Shown: positions 26,977 through 41,279 of the stretch, piece by piece | How positions within the stretch are numbered: position 1 is the first letter of the stretch | Layout of the letters: the number at the start of each line of letters is the position of its first letter | Source of the DNA: Octopus bimaculoides | Taxonomy: Eukaryota | Length of the DNA: 64,000 bases | Direction: 5' to 3' | Assembly (NCBI RefSeq): GCF_001194135.2 | Contig: NC_068982.1 | Span: 111,449,156-111,513,155 of the forward strand | Position numbers and translations under genes: made by a program | The notes under the pieces: generated by a model | The model's database searches: none | What the model was told of the DNA's origin: nothing | What the model saw: only the letters and a program-made list of their open reading frames with translations

Positions 26977-28949
26977 CATGTGTGTATATACACACACACA
27001 GAGAACATAATGAGCAAAACCCTCAGCCTGTCTAGGAAGACAGTAACTCCAAATAAAGATTCAGATCATAAAACCCTATCCAATCCTTTATGAACAAAAA
27101 AATTACACACACACACATCTGTTCCAAACAGTTTTGCATAAATGGCTATCACTAATCTCATGTATACTCTCACAATGACAAACTTAACAGGAGAATTACA
27201 AAGATATATCAAGGCTTTTGATCTGAAGAATTACCAAATGCTTAAAAATATAACCTGTATTATACATGATAAACCAAGAGATTCATCAAATAAGGCTGCA
27301 ATAAGCTTATCCTTTCCATAGTCCTGTAACTTGAGTTGAAAAATGTTATGCAACAGGACAATGCTATCATAAAAGACCATAAGAAATACAAAATCAATTA
27401 TGTAAGTTGATATCAAGAACTGGACTAGGTTCTGTCATGTAATAGAACAAGGTTATACCAAAAGATCTTCAGAAATGCCAAATCAATATGGGTTTAATAT
27501 CAAGGAGATGACTAGGTTAGTTACAAACTAATTAAGTAGGGTTTTTCAGCCACCCATAAAAGATGATAAAATATTAGAGATTATATTAAAGATGACAGAA
27601 ATAATATTAATAAAATATCCCATATCATAATGGATGTTCAATTAAATGAGGGATCCATTTAATGATGATGGGAGAGGTGACTGCAATGTTTAAATAACCC
27701 CCAAGAAAGCTTACTTAAAAAAAGAGATATAATGGGATGGATTTTTAAAAACGTATGCCACAATTATATTCTAAGTGTGCAAAAGCAATCACAAAGTCTC
27801 TACATAGTCACTTGATCTGCCAGAAATAGCAGCCTAGTCAACCTCAAATTACACCTTGCCATCTGAAATAAAGGATCAAAATAGGATGGTCACTACATGA
27901 GTGTGTTTGATCACAGGTCTGCTCAATCTGGGCAGATCTGCAGATAAACAACCACCTCGAATGTCGACGAGAAGTGCTTTCTGTAAAGGATCTAATCACA
28001 ATCTTTTTCAGACTAAATAATAAGTCATTTTTAGGATGAAATTTATTTTGTTTTAGATCAGAATTTTAAATAACTAAATAAAATATTAAATATGTAAAAC
28101 AAGCAACTGTCTGTAGTACCTTACACAAATATATATCTACATAATATATTTATATAAAATACACATATAATGTTATACTATAAATATATATATAATGGTC
28201 TATTTATATAAAACATCTTCATCTAACTTATTTAACAAGCAAAATACATAGATATGGTTTCTCATTTGTAGCATTCTATTTTACATATTTCATTTTATAT
28301 TTTAAATCTGGTCTTCTTTAGAATCTGCAATGAAACAGATTAAGTCCAATAAATAATTTAAGAAAAATGATTACATCACATTTGAGTATGTTAACAATAT
28401 TTCAAACATTTCGACATGTGATAATCAATCACTAGGAATTCACACAAATCTACGCATGAAGCAAATGAAAAACTTTATTATTATTGCTATACATTTTCAC
28501 TTATTTCACAAAATTTGTTCAGGTTTCTCGTTTACGGGATAAAATTAAGCTAATGTTCCGATAACTTGAGTAGCCTGCAAAAGTGAAATGGTTTGAGTAA
28601 AAAGCCAGAAAATAGATAATATCCAAAAATAGAATCTAGCCAAGCTCTCGTGGTTAAAATAGTCATTCCTCTCTATAACAATATATATAATCAATTAGCA
28701 AATGTAATGTCCTCAACTGAGAGAGAGGGGGCGGGAGAGAGCTTTTGTATAATTAGACGCTCCTGCAAGTGGAACTTTAATGAAATATTAACAGATTTTT
28801 TCAGTAATTTCTCTTAGAAAAATAAGTTCCATCGATCTTCGAATAATAATAACATGAGCAGCAGAATTGGAAAGAATATACATATATTTGGCTATAACGT
28901 GACACCTAAATCACGTGTGGTAAATGAGTCAAAAGGGAAACAAGGTGTG

Positions 28950-28992
<43 letters not shown>

Positions 28993-30462
28993 CATGTATT
29001 ATGGTGGAGAAGTGATTATTTATTATACACATAACTAATGTTAATCATTCAAATAGCTGAGTTCCGATGGTAGAAATTATTCATGTAAGCCACCTAAAGG
29101 TGTGTGTGGAAATATCATCAGCATACAAGCATTTCATTTCCACAACGATGTCATCAAAAGACAGAAAATGAAAACATAAATGAATTCTTACTGTGCGGTC
29201 ATTAATTAAATTTAAGACGAAGCTAAATTTTGATGCAATTAACGATGTTAACAACATTAACAACAACAATAATCGATTATCGTTATATAAGGTAACGCCC
29301 CCTTCAGTGAATATTATTAAGACATGTAATATAATATTATCGACAAATGATCGTCAATATTGATTTCTTTCTTAGGAACGAGGCCGTTTTGTGAGGAGTG
29401 TGGGCGGGTATAGTCAATAACCTCCACCTCACTATATTACTGGTATCTGGAATGTTAACTTGGGCTGTCTTTCATCATAGGCCTGGGGAGAAACGTAGAT
29501 CGATTCTCTCATGCAGACAGTGCTAATGTTGTTTTGATTGAGTTTTGTCTTGTTCTCTAATTTTTTTTTTTATAACACAGACATGATGTATTCAAAAACA
29601 TACCAATAGTAAATTGTAGCATTCATGCTTTTCTCAAGGACATTAGCGATCTAGACGGTTTGAAGCATTTCGAGATGAGACCACTCTAATAATAATAATG
29701 AGTTTGTCATCATTATTATTAGACGACACCTTCATCATCATAATAATAATAATAATGGTAGGCATCAACCATCATAATGAGTTCCAACTTTAGTGCAAGC
29801 TACAAACTTGTAGAGGATAGATATGACGAGAATAAAACTCAATACATTACAGTATTTATTTTCCAGAACCCAAATGGATAAACGGAAAAGCAAATACAAG
29901 AGGAATTTTAAATCAGAATGTCGAAGAACGAAACTACATGTACTATCATTTCACAACCTCTTCTGCATAACTAATAATAATCATAAATGATTCCCTCCAC
30001 TGCTACAACGACATAAATTTGTAGGAGACAGGAGCATGTGACTAAATCGTCCTCAGCACATCTCTGGTACTACAGGTTTCGAATTGATCCCTGTGAGAAA
30101 GAAAAGCAATGACAGCCTTCAGGGCAATTTGAACTCATAAACTAGAGGAACTAAACGAAACACTGCAATGCGACCCGCTACCGTTTCTGTCACTTCGAGC
30201 CAAAAATGAAATTTTATATGATCGCTCGGCATGGAATAAATGCCAACTCTAGCTGGACTGTTCGAACAGCATTGACCTGGGGCTACACAACAACATAACA
30301 ATGAGAGGGGAGGGCAGTCAACTGTTGTTATACACAACAGTTTAGTAATTTCTACATCACCCGAGACAGGATGAGATCCCTCCTAAATACAGTTCGTGCA
30401 TGTCATCAAGTGTTATCTGATAGTATCAAAGTTTAATGATGGCATGTTTTATATATCTGCAT

Positions 30463-30541
<79 letters not shown>

Positions 30542-30965
30542 TATATGTGTGTATGTGTGTGTGAATCACACACTGCCACCATGTTTAGCTGTTCTAAAAA
30601 CTATTTTAATAAATCATCATATTGTGACCTCAAGTAGTCAAACTGCAAGTCAGTCAGCACAAAAATGAATAAACAAATAAATAAAAAAGTTTATTATAAG
30701 TCATCGTCAAATAAATAATACGATAGATTATTCATATGGATATAAAATCATACGATCGATGCATCTATGATATATCTATGATAATCGTTTTAACAAAATT
30801 AAGAATGCAATTTTATTCATTCATAGGGTAAAAATATCTGTAATGTCATCTCTATTTTTGCAAATATATTACAATCAAGCAGACAAATAGAAACAAGTGC
30901 ATAAATATACGTTATATAATATGCACATGTGTTTATACACATCATAAATGTATATATTATACGTT

Positions 30966-31000
<35 letters not shown>

Positions 31001-31369
31001 ATACAAATGTATACACGTGTTTATATATAGACATATACGCATACACGTTAGTATATATTACAATACACATAACTATATATATAATATATACACTTGATCT
31101 GTCTTTCTATATGGGTGTGTGTATGTGTGTGTGTATAAAACAAAAGATATACACAGAGAGACAACCTAAGTACTCAATACATTAAGTGCACAACTAAAGA
31201 ATATACAGAATATACAAGTGTATGTATACACACAAACACGTATATACATTTATGTATGATATAAGCATATGTAGGATTATACTCTTGCACATTTATAAAC
31301 ACCCGATTTGCATAGATGGTATTTGATATGTGTGTGTGTGTGTGTAAAGCATTTTTAATGTCTAGAAAA

Positions 31370-32201
31370 NNNNNNNNNNNNNNNNNNNNNNNNNNNNNNN
31401 NNNNNNNNNNNNNNNNNNNNNNNNNNNNNNNNNNNNNNNNNNNNNNNNNNNNNNNNNNNNNNNNNNNNNNNNNNNNNNNNNNNNNNNNNNNNNNNNNNNN
31501 NNNNNNNNNNNNNNNNNNNNNNNNNNNNNNNNNNNNNNNNNNNNNNNNNNNNNNNNNNNNNNNNNNNNNNNNNNNNNNNNNNNNNNNNNNNNNNNNNNNN
31601 NNNNNNNNNNNNNNNNNNNNNNNNNNNNNNNNNNNNNNNNNNNNNNNNNNNNNNNNNNNNNNNNNNNNNNNNNNNNNNNNNNNNNNNNNNNNNNNNNNNN
31701 NNNNNNNNNNNNNNNNNNNNNNNNNNNNNNNNNNNNNNNNNNNNNNNNNNNNNNNNNNNNNNNNNNNNNNNNNNNNNNNNNNNNNNNNNNNNNNNNNNNN
31801 NNNNNNNNNNNNNNNNNNNNNNNNNNNNNNNNNNNNNNNNNNNNNNNNNNNNNNNNNNNNNNNNNNNNNNNNNNNNNNNNNNNNNNNNNNNNNNNNNNNN
31901 NNNNNNNNNNNNNNNNNNNNNNNNNNNNNNNNNNNNNNNNNNNNNNNNNNNNNNNNNNNNNNNNNNNNNNNNNNNNNNNNNNNNNNNNNNNNNNNNNNNN
32001 NNNNNNNNNNNNNNNNNNNNNNNNNNNNNNNNNNNNNNNNNNNNNNNNNNNNNNNNNNNNNNNNNNNNNNNNNNNNNNNNNNNNNNNNNNNNNNNNNNNN
32101 NNNNNNNNNNNNNNNNNNNNNNNNNNNNNNNNNNNNNNNNNNNNNNNNNNNNNNNNNNNNNNNNNNNNNNNNNNNNNNNNNNNNNNNNNNNNNNNNNNNN
32201 N
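31370..32201. other. Assembly gap (others: 10377-10386, 14540-14654, 53253-53262, 54233-54968, 56731-56919)
   Basis: N runs, mostly flanked by microsatellites or SINEs. Confidence 0.99.
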
Positions 32202-32332
32202 ATATATATATATATATATGTATATGTATGTATATGTATGTACGTGTGTGTGTGTGTGTGTACACAAATATATTTACATTTGTCTCAAGAAGGTAGCATA
32301 TGAAATAAATTGAAAGATATACTTTAACTGAC

Positions 32333-32496
32333 CTGCCAACAAAATTCTCTAACACACTGCTCTTTCCTGCACTTTGACTTCCAACAACAGCTATCTGCGG
32401 CAGATCCAAAGAGATGGGCACCCCGAGGGTGGCAAAAGCGTCCTGCAACTTATTCACTATAGGAATAAGCTGCTCCATACCCATATTACCCGACAT
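32333..32496 (-). CDS. DNM1: Classical dynamin (shibire/DNM1-3 orthologue), coding exon 1
   Basis: [54 protein letters not shown](R) contains the G1 P-loop [14 protein letters not shown] points to classical dynamin rather than Drp1 (ESLVGR). Start context AAAAATG; phase-2 donor AG|GTCAGT after 32333 matches the conserved dynamin intron 1 position. Confidence 0.95.
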
Positions 32497-32900
32497 TTTT
32501 GAAATTTAGAGAGGTTCCACTCAACTTCTTTCACCACACTCTCACTCTCTTTCGTTCTTTCCCCTTTCACACGTGATATAAAATAATTATTTAATAATCC
32601 TTTGTGGGAATACAATATCTGTCTGTGTCTGTCTGTATGTATGTGTGTGAGTGAGTGATCGGGTGGCCAGCTCTGACAGCTCCAACTGTGGTCAGTTTGT
32701 CATGATGGCGGAACTAGTTCTATCACTGAAATGGTCGGCTGACGTAGGGCCGCTTACATCCTACTGCAATTAACGTATTCAGCACAAAGCTGCACAATCC
32801 AACAACATAGCGAGCGTCACTACTAGTTCCACTATAACAACCACTAACAACTACTAATATTAATTAGATTATTATTAGCCGTTGTCGCTGTTAAGAAGAA
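32497..32900 (-). promoter_or_regulatory. Probable 5' UTR and proximal promoter of dynamin
   Basis: Repeat-free, locally CpG-retaining segment immediately upstream of the ATG (e.g. GGCTGACGTAGGGCCGC, CATAGCGAGCGTCAC). TSS cannot be placed from sequence. Confidence 0.45.
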
Positions 32901-33000
32901 AATAAACCAAAAAAAAAAATAGATTGTTTTTAATTAATCATTTTTGTTGTTGGATAAGTGATTTTTTTTCTCCTTTTTACTATTCTACTTCATTTATATA

Positions 33001-33034
<34 letters not shown>

Positions 33035-35369
33035 GTATTAATTAATGGAGCAAACAAATATATTACATACCACACAGTAGTATGATATAAATAATGTTAC
33101 AAGGGGAGTAGACTTAATAGTAAATGCTAGCTCTGAAAAATGTCGTATGACACTCAGTGATTGCGGAGATGTTCATTCCCGGAAGAAGATTAGGACTTTC
33201 TAGGTTGGGAAATTCTTCATAATTGCTGGGTTGAAAAAGATAGGGTGAGATTTGTAAATAAAATAATCAGGATAAATGAATGGGACTAGCATTAGAAAAT
33301 AATGATACTAAAGGCGAAAACTGTAGCTTGGTTTTGACAAGTTAGAAAAAATGATAGAGAAATTGCCTACGTAACATACTGAATATATTTACACGACAGC
33401 ATTATGATTTCAATGATGCACATATCTAATGCACCGAATTAACTTAATCGTTATACATATTCCTTTGCTATTGTCTTAAGAGGTATTGTTTCAACTGAAA
33501 GTTGAGCATCCAAAATAATATATTCTTTTACGATCTAGAAATATTTGTATTGTCTTTATTGAAAAGGTTATGAGAATATAGTTACTTAATAAGTAAGTAA
33601 TGAAGGATGCACTGTAATTAATTTAAAAACAAGCATCTACTAAAACTAATTACAATGATATGTTGAAGTAGAATCAGCGATTAGGAGCAGAATCCCTGGA
33701 GGATCAGCCGTCTCACGTGATGTTATGTAATTATATTTGGTGTGACTTTCTCTTCTTTCCTTCACTTTCTTACATTAATCTATTCTTTCTGCATTTTACA
33801 AAGGATAGTAACTGAATTAAAGCATTTTGATTTATTCAAATAAAAAGGATTTCCAAGAATCTTCATGTGATATCAATATTTAACATTTTTTATTTGTTTT
33901 AAACGTTCCATTTATATTAGTTCACAATAAATAATTATACTGCATTTTTGATATTTTAATTTTGAATTATAGAAATCCTATATAGATCACTTAGGAATTC
34001 ATATGTATAGAATAATATAACATGTTCAGAAAATGTTAATCACTACTGTTGTCATCATCATTATCACAGTCTCTTTTTTTTTTTTGAGATTATGCTTGTT
34101 TATAAATGACAATAATTATCAAAAGCCCTGTAGAGGTACAGCCAGACCGACAGATAAAGTGATTTGTGGTATTTAGTTACAACCTTTTATGCTCTGGGTT
34201 TAAATGCCATTGAAAATGGTGTTATTAAAGTAAAGTACCAGCTAAGAACTGGGGGGGGAGGGTTGTATTCCTATAGTGCTGCCTAGATGTGAGTGGAATT
34301 ATAATAGACGTTAAGACAACTATTAGTGATAATAATTCTTACTTCATTGATCACAAGAGCCCATGCATACTTAAGATGTGATGCATCAAAGTTATAGAAA
34401 CATGTGGAAATGTTTGTAGGGAAGACCATGCAAGGGTGCATAAAAAAAGGCGTGGTTAAGATGTTAAATGAACATATTAAAAATGTTATATAAATTCAAT
34501 AGAATAGAATTAAAAATATGATTATATAAAAATACTCAATAATTCAAATAAGATCAAATTCAAAAATATGGAACACTTACAGGTGAATAAAAACCTACCA
34601 GTTAGAATGGGTCAGAGAATTCCACACCTCTACCCATCTACTACTCTTATAGATACACCCATAAGCTTTACTCAAGTCAGTTTAATCCTTAAGGAGATAA
34701 ACGTCCTCTGGGCAACTTCCAGTAGCTGTTTATAAACATCTAAGGAGATCTTCACTAAAATTCTATCCAATGGAAACAACTGGTACTTGCACCTCAGCAT
34801 TTGTTGTTTATGTGACACTCTGTAATTCAGATAACAGGTTCAGCAGTTTGTGATTCTTTTCCCAGATAATAGTGACATGGAGTGATTCTATAGAGGCAAA
34901 CTCCATTCCAAGTGTCCAAGGTTCCTCTTCTAGTGTTGTAGTGTCTTTCAAGAGTCTTAGAATCTATCTGGTTGGGTTCACTTTTTTTCCAGCCACAGTG
35001 ATCTGCCAAACTTTTTCAGACTCCCACAGCCTCAAGACCCCTCCTCCTACTTCTCAGCAGTACTTCTTCCTCTTGTAGGGATTAGATAGTACTGCTGAAA
35101 GGTGAAGTAGAAGCATCAACTTGAGACCAAGAATGAGGCAATCAGCTCCACCCTTTCCACTGCTTCATCTAATAGTGCAGTTGGAATGGCAGCCACTAGG
35201 ACCTGCTGTTGTTGCTATTTCACTTTCTCAGACTGTAAATCATAAGGACTTGCAAATCCATACAAATCCCCTCCCAGCTACATATCATTTCTTGTTTCCT
35301 CCATACTTAGCACCAGCCTATATTGTGCTATAGAGATAATAATGAGCCAAGAGTCAATGCTACTGTCAA

Positions 35370-35800
35370 TGCCTCTGATTGTATTTTACTTGTACCACTC
35401 CATCTGTCCAGCACCCTACAGCAGTATTAGACAACATGGATCGGTCTCTTCAGGTACCAAACTTCAGGCCCACTCTCTTTTTCAACTTAGTTATCACTCC
35501 TGTCACCATCTCATATTCTGTTAGAACAGTGCCAATCATCTCAGTATGCTTGGTGACCAACAGTACTACAGTGATGTCATTAGCATATGCCGACATAGAT
35601 GTTCCACATCATGGTTCATGTGGGATGCCCTTTAAGATCTTTAGTTTCAGCAGTAAAGGCACTAGAGTCAATATACATGAGAGAGATAAAAGCAGACATT
35701 CTTGGCAGACCAAGTACATAATACTGAATGATTCTGATAGATGGCCATTTATTCTGACCACTAAGCACATATCTTTGTACATTGCTGTGATCTAACCCCT
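35370..35800 (-). mobile_element. L1/Tx1-clade reverse transcriptase relic
   Basis: Minus strand: SVRIKGHLSESFSI..LVPLLLKLKILKGIP..SMSAYANDITVVL..EYEMVTGVITKLKKRVGLKFG..WTDG, a degenerate YADD motif in Tx1-like context. Confidence 0.7.
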
Positions 35801-38171
35801 GAAAATGGAACTGAAACCACCCAACTTGAGGACAGCTGCCAGGTTGCTTATCTACTTTCTCTATGATGTATCACTTGAAATGGAGCTTGTCAGAGTTTGA
35901 GCTGTTTGGGATGGCACATGTCTGTACCTCACCAATTACTAATACCCTAGCCAAAATTTTTAATTCTGCATTTAGCAGAGTTATGGACTGAAAATTATTT
36001 ATGTGCTCCTTCTTGTTTGGGTTCTTTCTCAACAATACCACCGCTCCTCAGTTCACTGGACTGGAAATCCTCCCATTCTGTTGCCATTAGTGGTGTGCAG
36101 TGACTTTTGAGGTTGGTCATGCAATAAATACTTGGCACACATGGCGGAGACGTAACCACCCACTTTAAAAAAATTTTTTTTACAGAAACCCACGTTTTCA
36201 GCTATGGAGATTCCAATTCTGAAAAAAAAAAATGGCAAAAATTGTAACTTCAAAATTTCAAATATTATTGAACGATAGGAAGAGGAGGACAAAAGATTTC
36301 ATGTGTGTTTTTCTTTAAGTATGCCAAGTGGAAGCAAAATGGAAACACAACGAAGTATCAATCTGAATGGGTTTCCTTTGAAACAAAGTAACTATTTTAG
36401 CTCAGTTTCCAATGATTTGGACAACTTTTCAATGTGGTTGTAAATACATTACATTCTTAAATTGATTTTTTAGTTATATAAAAATCAAAGGACATGCAGT
36501 GCATGACTAGCATGTTTCAACTGCACGCTACTGGTAGACATCTACTAAGGGATTGTTGAGCAAGTCTGGCATATTACTGTAAAGCTCACAGAGAAGACAC
36601 CCAAAACAATATGCCTCTTATATAGCCAGATATGGCTTCCCTTATGTCAGTGGCGCTGTTATTGGCCTTTTGTAACACTCCAATGTCACTGTTGAGGGTG
36701 GTGGGGCAGGCTGTTGAGATAGGCACTGAAATCTATCCTGCATTACCACACTATTTGTTCCAAACAGTAAACTGAAGTTCTGCTGAAAAGCTGCACACCT
36801 CTGCTTGGAGTTGAGTAACATGTGCACATTATAGTCTGCCAAAGGCCAAATTGAGCCTCTGTTGCCATGTTGTGTCTCTGTCACTCAGCCCATTGAACAG
36901 CTTTCATTTTTCTATGTCTTAGAGCATGCACATTAGCTTTGATTTATAAGTCTTCTGCTAATCTCTAATCTGGTTTTCTCTATCCCTACATGACTGTAGT
37001 CTAATTATTGTTTTCATGTTGTTCACAATTGTTCCATCAATGCCTGCTTAACTAATTTACCAATCCAGTTTCTGTAAGCTCGACCTGTCAAGAAAGACTC
37101 TGCTAACATTTCTTCCCTTGATTTGAGAAGTCATACATTTTTTCTTTTTTTTTTTTCATTTTAAATATGTACATTTGCTTTTTAAAATTTCAAAATTTAC
37201 TTTAAAGTGTTAAATTTCACAAAGCCAACTAACCGTAGAAGATACTGGTTGGCTAAATTACAAAATAGTGCAAGAAGAACTAAAATAAATTTGTTTTAAA
37301 ACAACAAAATTTGAAAACTTATGAGCTCCAAATTGCAAACACAGTCATAATAATCATAATAATAATGGTTTCAAATTTAGGCACAAGGCCATCAATTTTA
37401 GAAGCAGAGGTTAGTTGATTGCATCATCCTAAGTAGTTGACTAGTACTTACTTTATTGACCCTGGAGGAATGATAAGAAAAGTTGACTTTGACATAGAGA
37501 TGAAGGCAAAATGTTTATTCCTAGAGAATGCAGTAATACTGATGCAATCATCAATATAATAGCTATAGAATTCAGAGATAGGTCCAGTGAAGTAGACAAA
37601 AATCTGATGGTCTTGGTGGGCACAACTACCCAAGGTCTATAATAAAATTCGAACACATGGTCATATGGTTAGTTGCAGCCATTGCCCCTCATTTGACCTT
37701 AAGTCACATGAACAATCAGTCTTAAATTTTTTGCTAGATCTTATGAGAGTTTTAGAATCATCTGAATGTAATTCATTACTTCTACATAATGACAACAATT
37801 TACTTCTACTACAATTTCTTCTTCAAATTCTAATATCCATTATTGCTACATCTTCCCATTAAATTCAAGATAAGCTTTATTCCTATAGCTTCCCATTAAA
37901 ATCATAGTTTACATTCCTGTTATAACTCTCCATTAAATTCAAGACATTCATTCTCCCTGCAGCTTTCCATTAAGTCCATCAGGGTTTTGAATACTATGGA
38001 AAGCAGTCATAAAATGATGATGAAACCCATTCTTTCTCTATCTTTCAACTAAACCAATACTAACCATTTTTGCAGTAACTTCCTATTTATATCTATGGTA
38101 GCCATTCCTTCAATAGTTCCATATTAAGAGTCTTATTTTCCTTTTCTGAAATATCTCTTATAAACAAAACA

Positions 38172-38345
38172 TGTTGTTGTTGTTGTTCTTCTTCTTCTTC
38201 TTCTTCTTCTTCTTCTTCTTCTTCTTCTTCTTCTTCTTCTTCTTCTTCTTCTTCTCCTCCTCCTCCTTCTTCTTCTTCTTCTTCTTTTTCTCGTCATTGT
38301 CATCATCGTCATTGTCATTGTCATTGTTGTCGTTGTTGTTGTTGT
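38172..38345. repeat. Compound (GTT)n/(TTC)n/(TCC)n/(CATTGT)n microsatellite
   Basis: Read directly; explains the poly-R and poly-F ORFs. Confidence 0.95.
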
Positions 38346-39032
38346 TGTTGCAGTGGTGACAGTGGTGGTGAGGCTTACCATGTACGTGTACCCTACTTAA
38401 ATCTTGTTAATAACAATGGTATTTTGTTCTAGGCACAGTTTTTTTACATTCAAAAGATGCTTGACATTTCAAAAATTATGAATAGACAGCAAATTTCTGT
38501 TATAATTCACTCCTTTAGAAATTGGAAATATGGTTATGGCTTATAGAGAAAAAAAATGTTTTACTAATAATGGAAGATTTATTTAACTTAGAATATTCTA
38601 CATGCAAAAAAACTATTAAAAGGAGGACAAATACATAAATGTCACCAAAGAAAATGGGATGAGTAAAAAGTCATCTTTACTGTTGTCATCATCATTATCC
38701 TTTTCATTACTGACCATTATTACCATCATCACCACTACCATCCTCTTCATCACCAGCATCATCATAATCAGCCTTGTTGTTGCTGTTGTTATGGTCATCA
38801 TCCTCATCATTGCTGTCAAAGATTACTACAGTCTAAATTTTTTGAGCCGAGGTTCTAAGATTTTGTGCCTGATGACATATGAAGTCATATGCAAAGAAAT
38901 AAATTAAGGAAAAGTAATAACAGGATGAAGAATATTATTTGACAATAATGTCATTATCACAATCATAATCATCATCACCAGCCAGCCAGCAAGGGAGTCC
39001 CTATATAGTTGCTGAACCAGCTAGAAATAGCT

Positions 39033-39252
39033 CTCTTTTACTCTCTTTTACTTGTTTCAGTCATTTGACTGCGGCCATGCTGGAGCACCACCTTTAGTCG
39101 AGCAAATCGACCCCAGGACTTATTCTTTGTAAGCCTAGTACTTATTCTATCAGTCTCTTTTGCCAAACCGCTAAGTTACGGGGACGTAAACACACCAGCA
39201 CCGGTTGTCAAGCGATGTTGGGGGACAAACACAGACACACAAACACACACAC

Positions 39253-39283
<31 letters not shown>

Positions 39284-39446
39284 CGATGAGCTTCTTTCAG
39301 TTTCCGTCTACCAAATCCACTCACAAGGCTTTGGTCAGCTTGAGGCTACAGTAGAAGACACTTGCCCAAGGTGCCACGCAGTGGGACTGAACCCGGAATC
39401 ATGTGGTTGGTAAGCAAGCTACTTTCCACACAGCCACTCCTGCGCC
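39033..39446 (-). mobile_element. tRNA/CORE-like SINE (family A), full length, young
   Basis: Head GGCGCAGGAGTGGCTGTGTGG, B box GGGTTCAGTCCC, CCTTGGGCAAGTGTCT (similar to the MIR/CORE domain), central (TA)/(TG) tract, tail GACTGAAACAAGTAAAAGAG. Confidence 0.9.
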
Positions 39447-39869
39447 TATGAAATTTCTTGACAATAGTTGTGAAATTTCTTAAAAGAAATGGATTTGGTA
39501 CTGTAATTCTGAGCATGCAAAAAAGAACTGATCACTAACTTGGGTCTAAACAACATGTCTAATGTCTCAAGATTTTTAACTGTGTTGTTTTGGTTTGGAC
39601 AGTTCAGTCATTCATCTTTTACTTGTATCAGTCATTGGACTGTTGTCATGCTGAGGCACTGCCTTGAAGTGTATTAGTCAAATGCATCAACACCAGTACT
39701 TGTAGTATTATTTCTTAAGCCTGGTACTTATTCTATTGGTCTCTTATGCTAAACAGCTAAGTTACAGGGAACATAAACAAACCAACACTGGTTGTCAAGT
39801 GGTGGTGGGATACAAGCATGAAGACACACACAGACATATATATATATATATATATATATGTAAATGATA

Positions 39870-40283
39870 CCCATGCATTGTAGTCATTGTCATTGACGGT
39901 ACCATGTAAATGGCACCTGTGAACCGTTGTGGTTGATGCTAGAACCATGTAAATGGCACCCATGCATCATAGTCATGGTCATCGACAGCACCTAGGAAGG
40001 GCATCCAGCTGTGGAAACCATGCCAAATTAGACTGAAACCTGGTGCAGCTCTCTGGCTCATCAGCTCCAATCAAACTGTCTAACCCATGCCAGCATGGAG
40101 AATGGATGTTAAATGATGATGATGATGATGATGATATATGATGGGTTTCTTTCAGTTTCCATCTACCAGAACTATTCTCAAGGCTTTGGTCAGCCTGAGA
40201 CTATAGTAAAAGACACTTGCCCAAGGTACTGTGCTGTGGGACTAAACCCAGAACCATGTGGTTGGGAAGCAAACTGCTTACTT
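39870..40283. mobile_element. RTE 3' tail (+, 39870-40135) abutting a family A SINE head fragment (-, 40141-40283)
   Basis: CCATGCCAGCATGG...(GAT)n followed by the reverse complement of the family A 5' half. Confidence 0.75.
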
Positions 40284-41105
40284 CCACTCCAGTCCTTGGC
40301 AACCTACTGTCTGGCATTCCTTGTTTATTCATGTCACATATATATCATTACAGTGGTAAATCCTGTACACTTTAACTCATACCCAGCCAAGATCTCAGTT
40401 GATTAGTGCTCTGCTTTATCAAGTTACAAAGCTTGTAAGATAAGATAGAATTGTTATTACATTGGGCATAATGTTATGCAATATTTAGTTACAGCTCTTT
40501 ACATTCTGATGTCCAATCTCTGCATGATTGATTTTGTCTTTCATTTGATTGTGGTTGATAAAATAAGTATCAGTTAAGTGCTGGAGCCTATTTAATTAGG
40601 TAACATTTCTCCACAAATTTCAGGCCAAGTGCCTTTTCTTAGAAACAGACATGTTTTCATGGAAAACTGTAAATGAATAACCCCAATGGTATAACCTCAT
40701 TAGCACAGACTATAAAAGAAAGCACTCAATACACTCTGTAAAGTGGTTGACATTAGGAAGGGCATTGTCATAAAAGCGATGCCAAAATTGAACTGCTAGA
40801 GCAAGTTGTGATCTTCCAACTGATTAGATCCTGTCAAAATGCCAAACTTATGCCAGCATAGAAACTGAGTGTAATAATGATGGCAGTCATGATGATGGTG
40901 GTGGTCGTGGTGATGATGATGATAATGATATATATATGATATATATTTTTTGTTTACAAATCAACTGACCATAACAGATTTTTAACTCTGGTTTGAAGAG
41001 GATTTATATATCCTTCACCATTAGAGTCTGACAAGTCGTCTATAAAGCTAAGTACTCTATGAACAGACATATATTTAACTGCATGTAAATATATATATGT
41101 ATGTA

Positions 41106-41193
<88 letters not shown>

Positions 41194-41279
41194 CATACAT
41201 ACATACATATATATCCAGCTATTCTACTCACTATTTCTGGGATGGTCATGGGGGTAGAGTCTTCAAGCATGACCTCCAT

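Noticed and set aside
27330-27700. MQQDNA, resembling the Tc1/mariner QDNA motif (a similar weak hint near 21420-21690)
   Set aside because: No correctly spaced WPxxSPDLNPIE motif and no TIRs; too short to call.
31174-32332. The 440-aa ORF continuing past dynamin exon 1, and other long ORFs containing X
   Set aside because: Read-through into the intron, microsatellites and N gaps. Only the first 54-55 codons are real.
36600-36670. IARYGFPYVSGAVIG, resembling the Harbinger GFPxVIGAIDG motif
   Set aside because: Lacks the catalytic D and has no supporting downstream motifs.
38133-38381. Poly-R, poly-F and poly-T ORFs, and the YIYI/CVCV ORFs elsewhere
   Set aside because: Translations of microsatellites.
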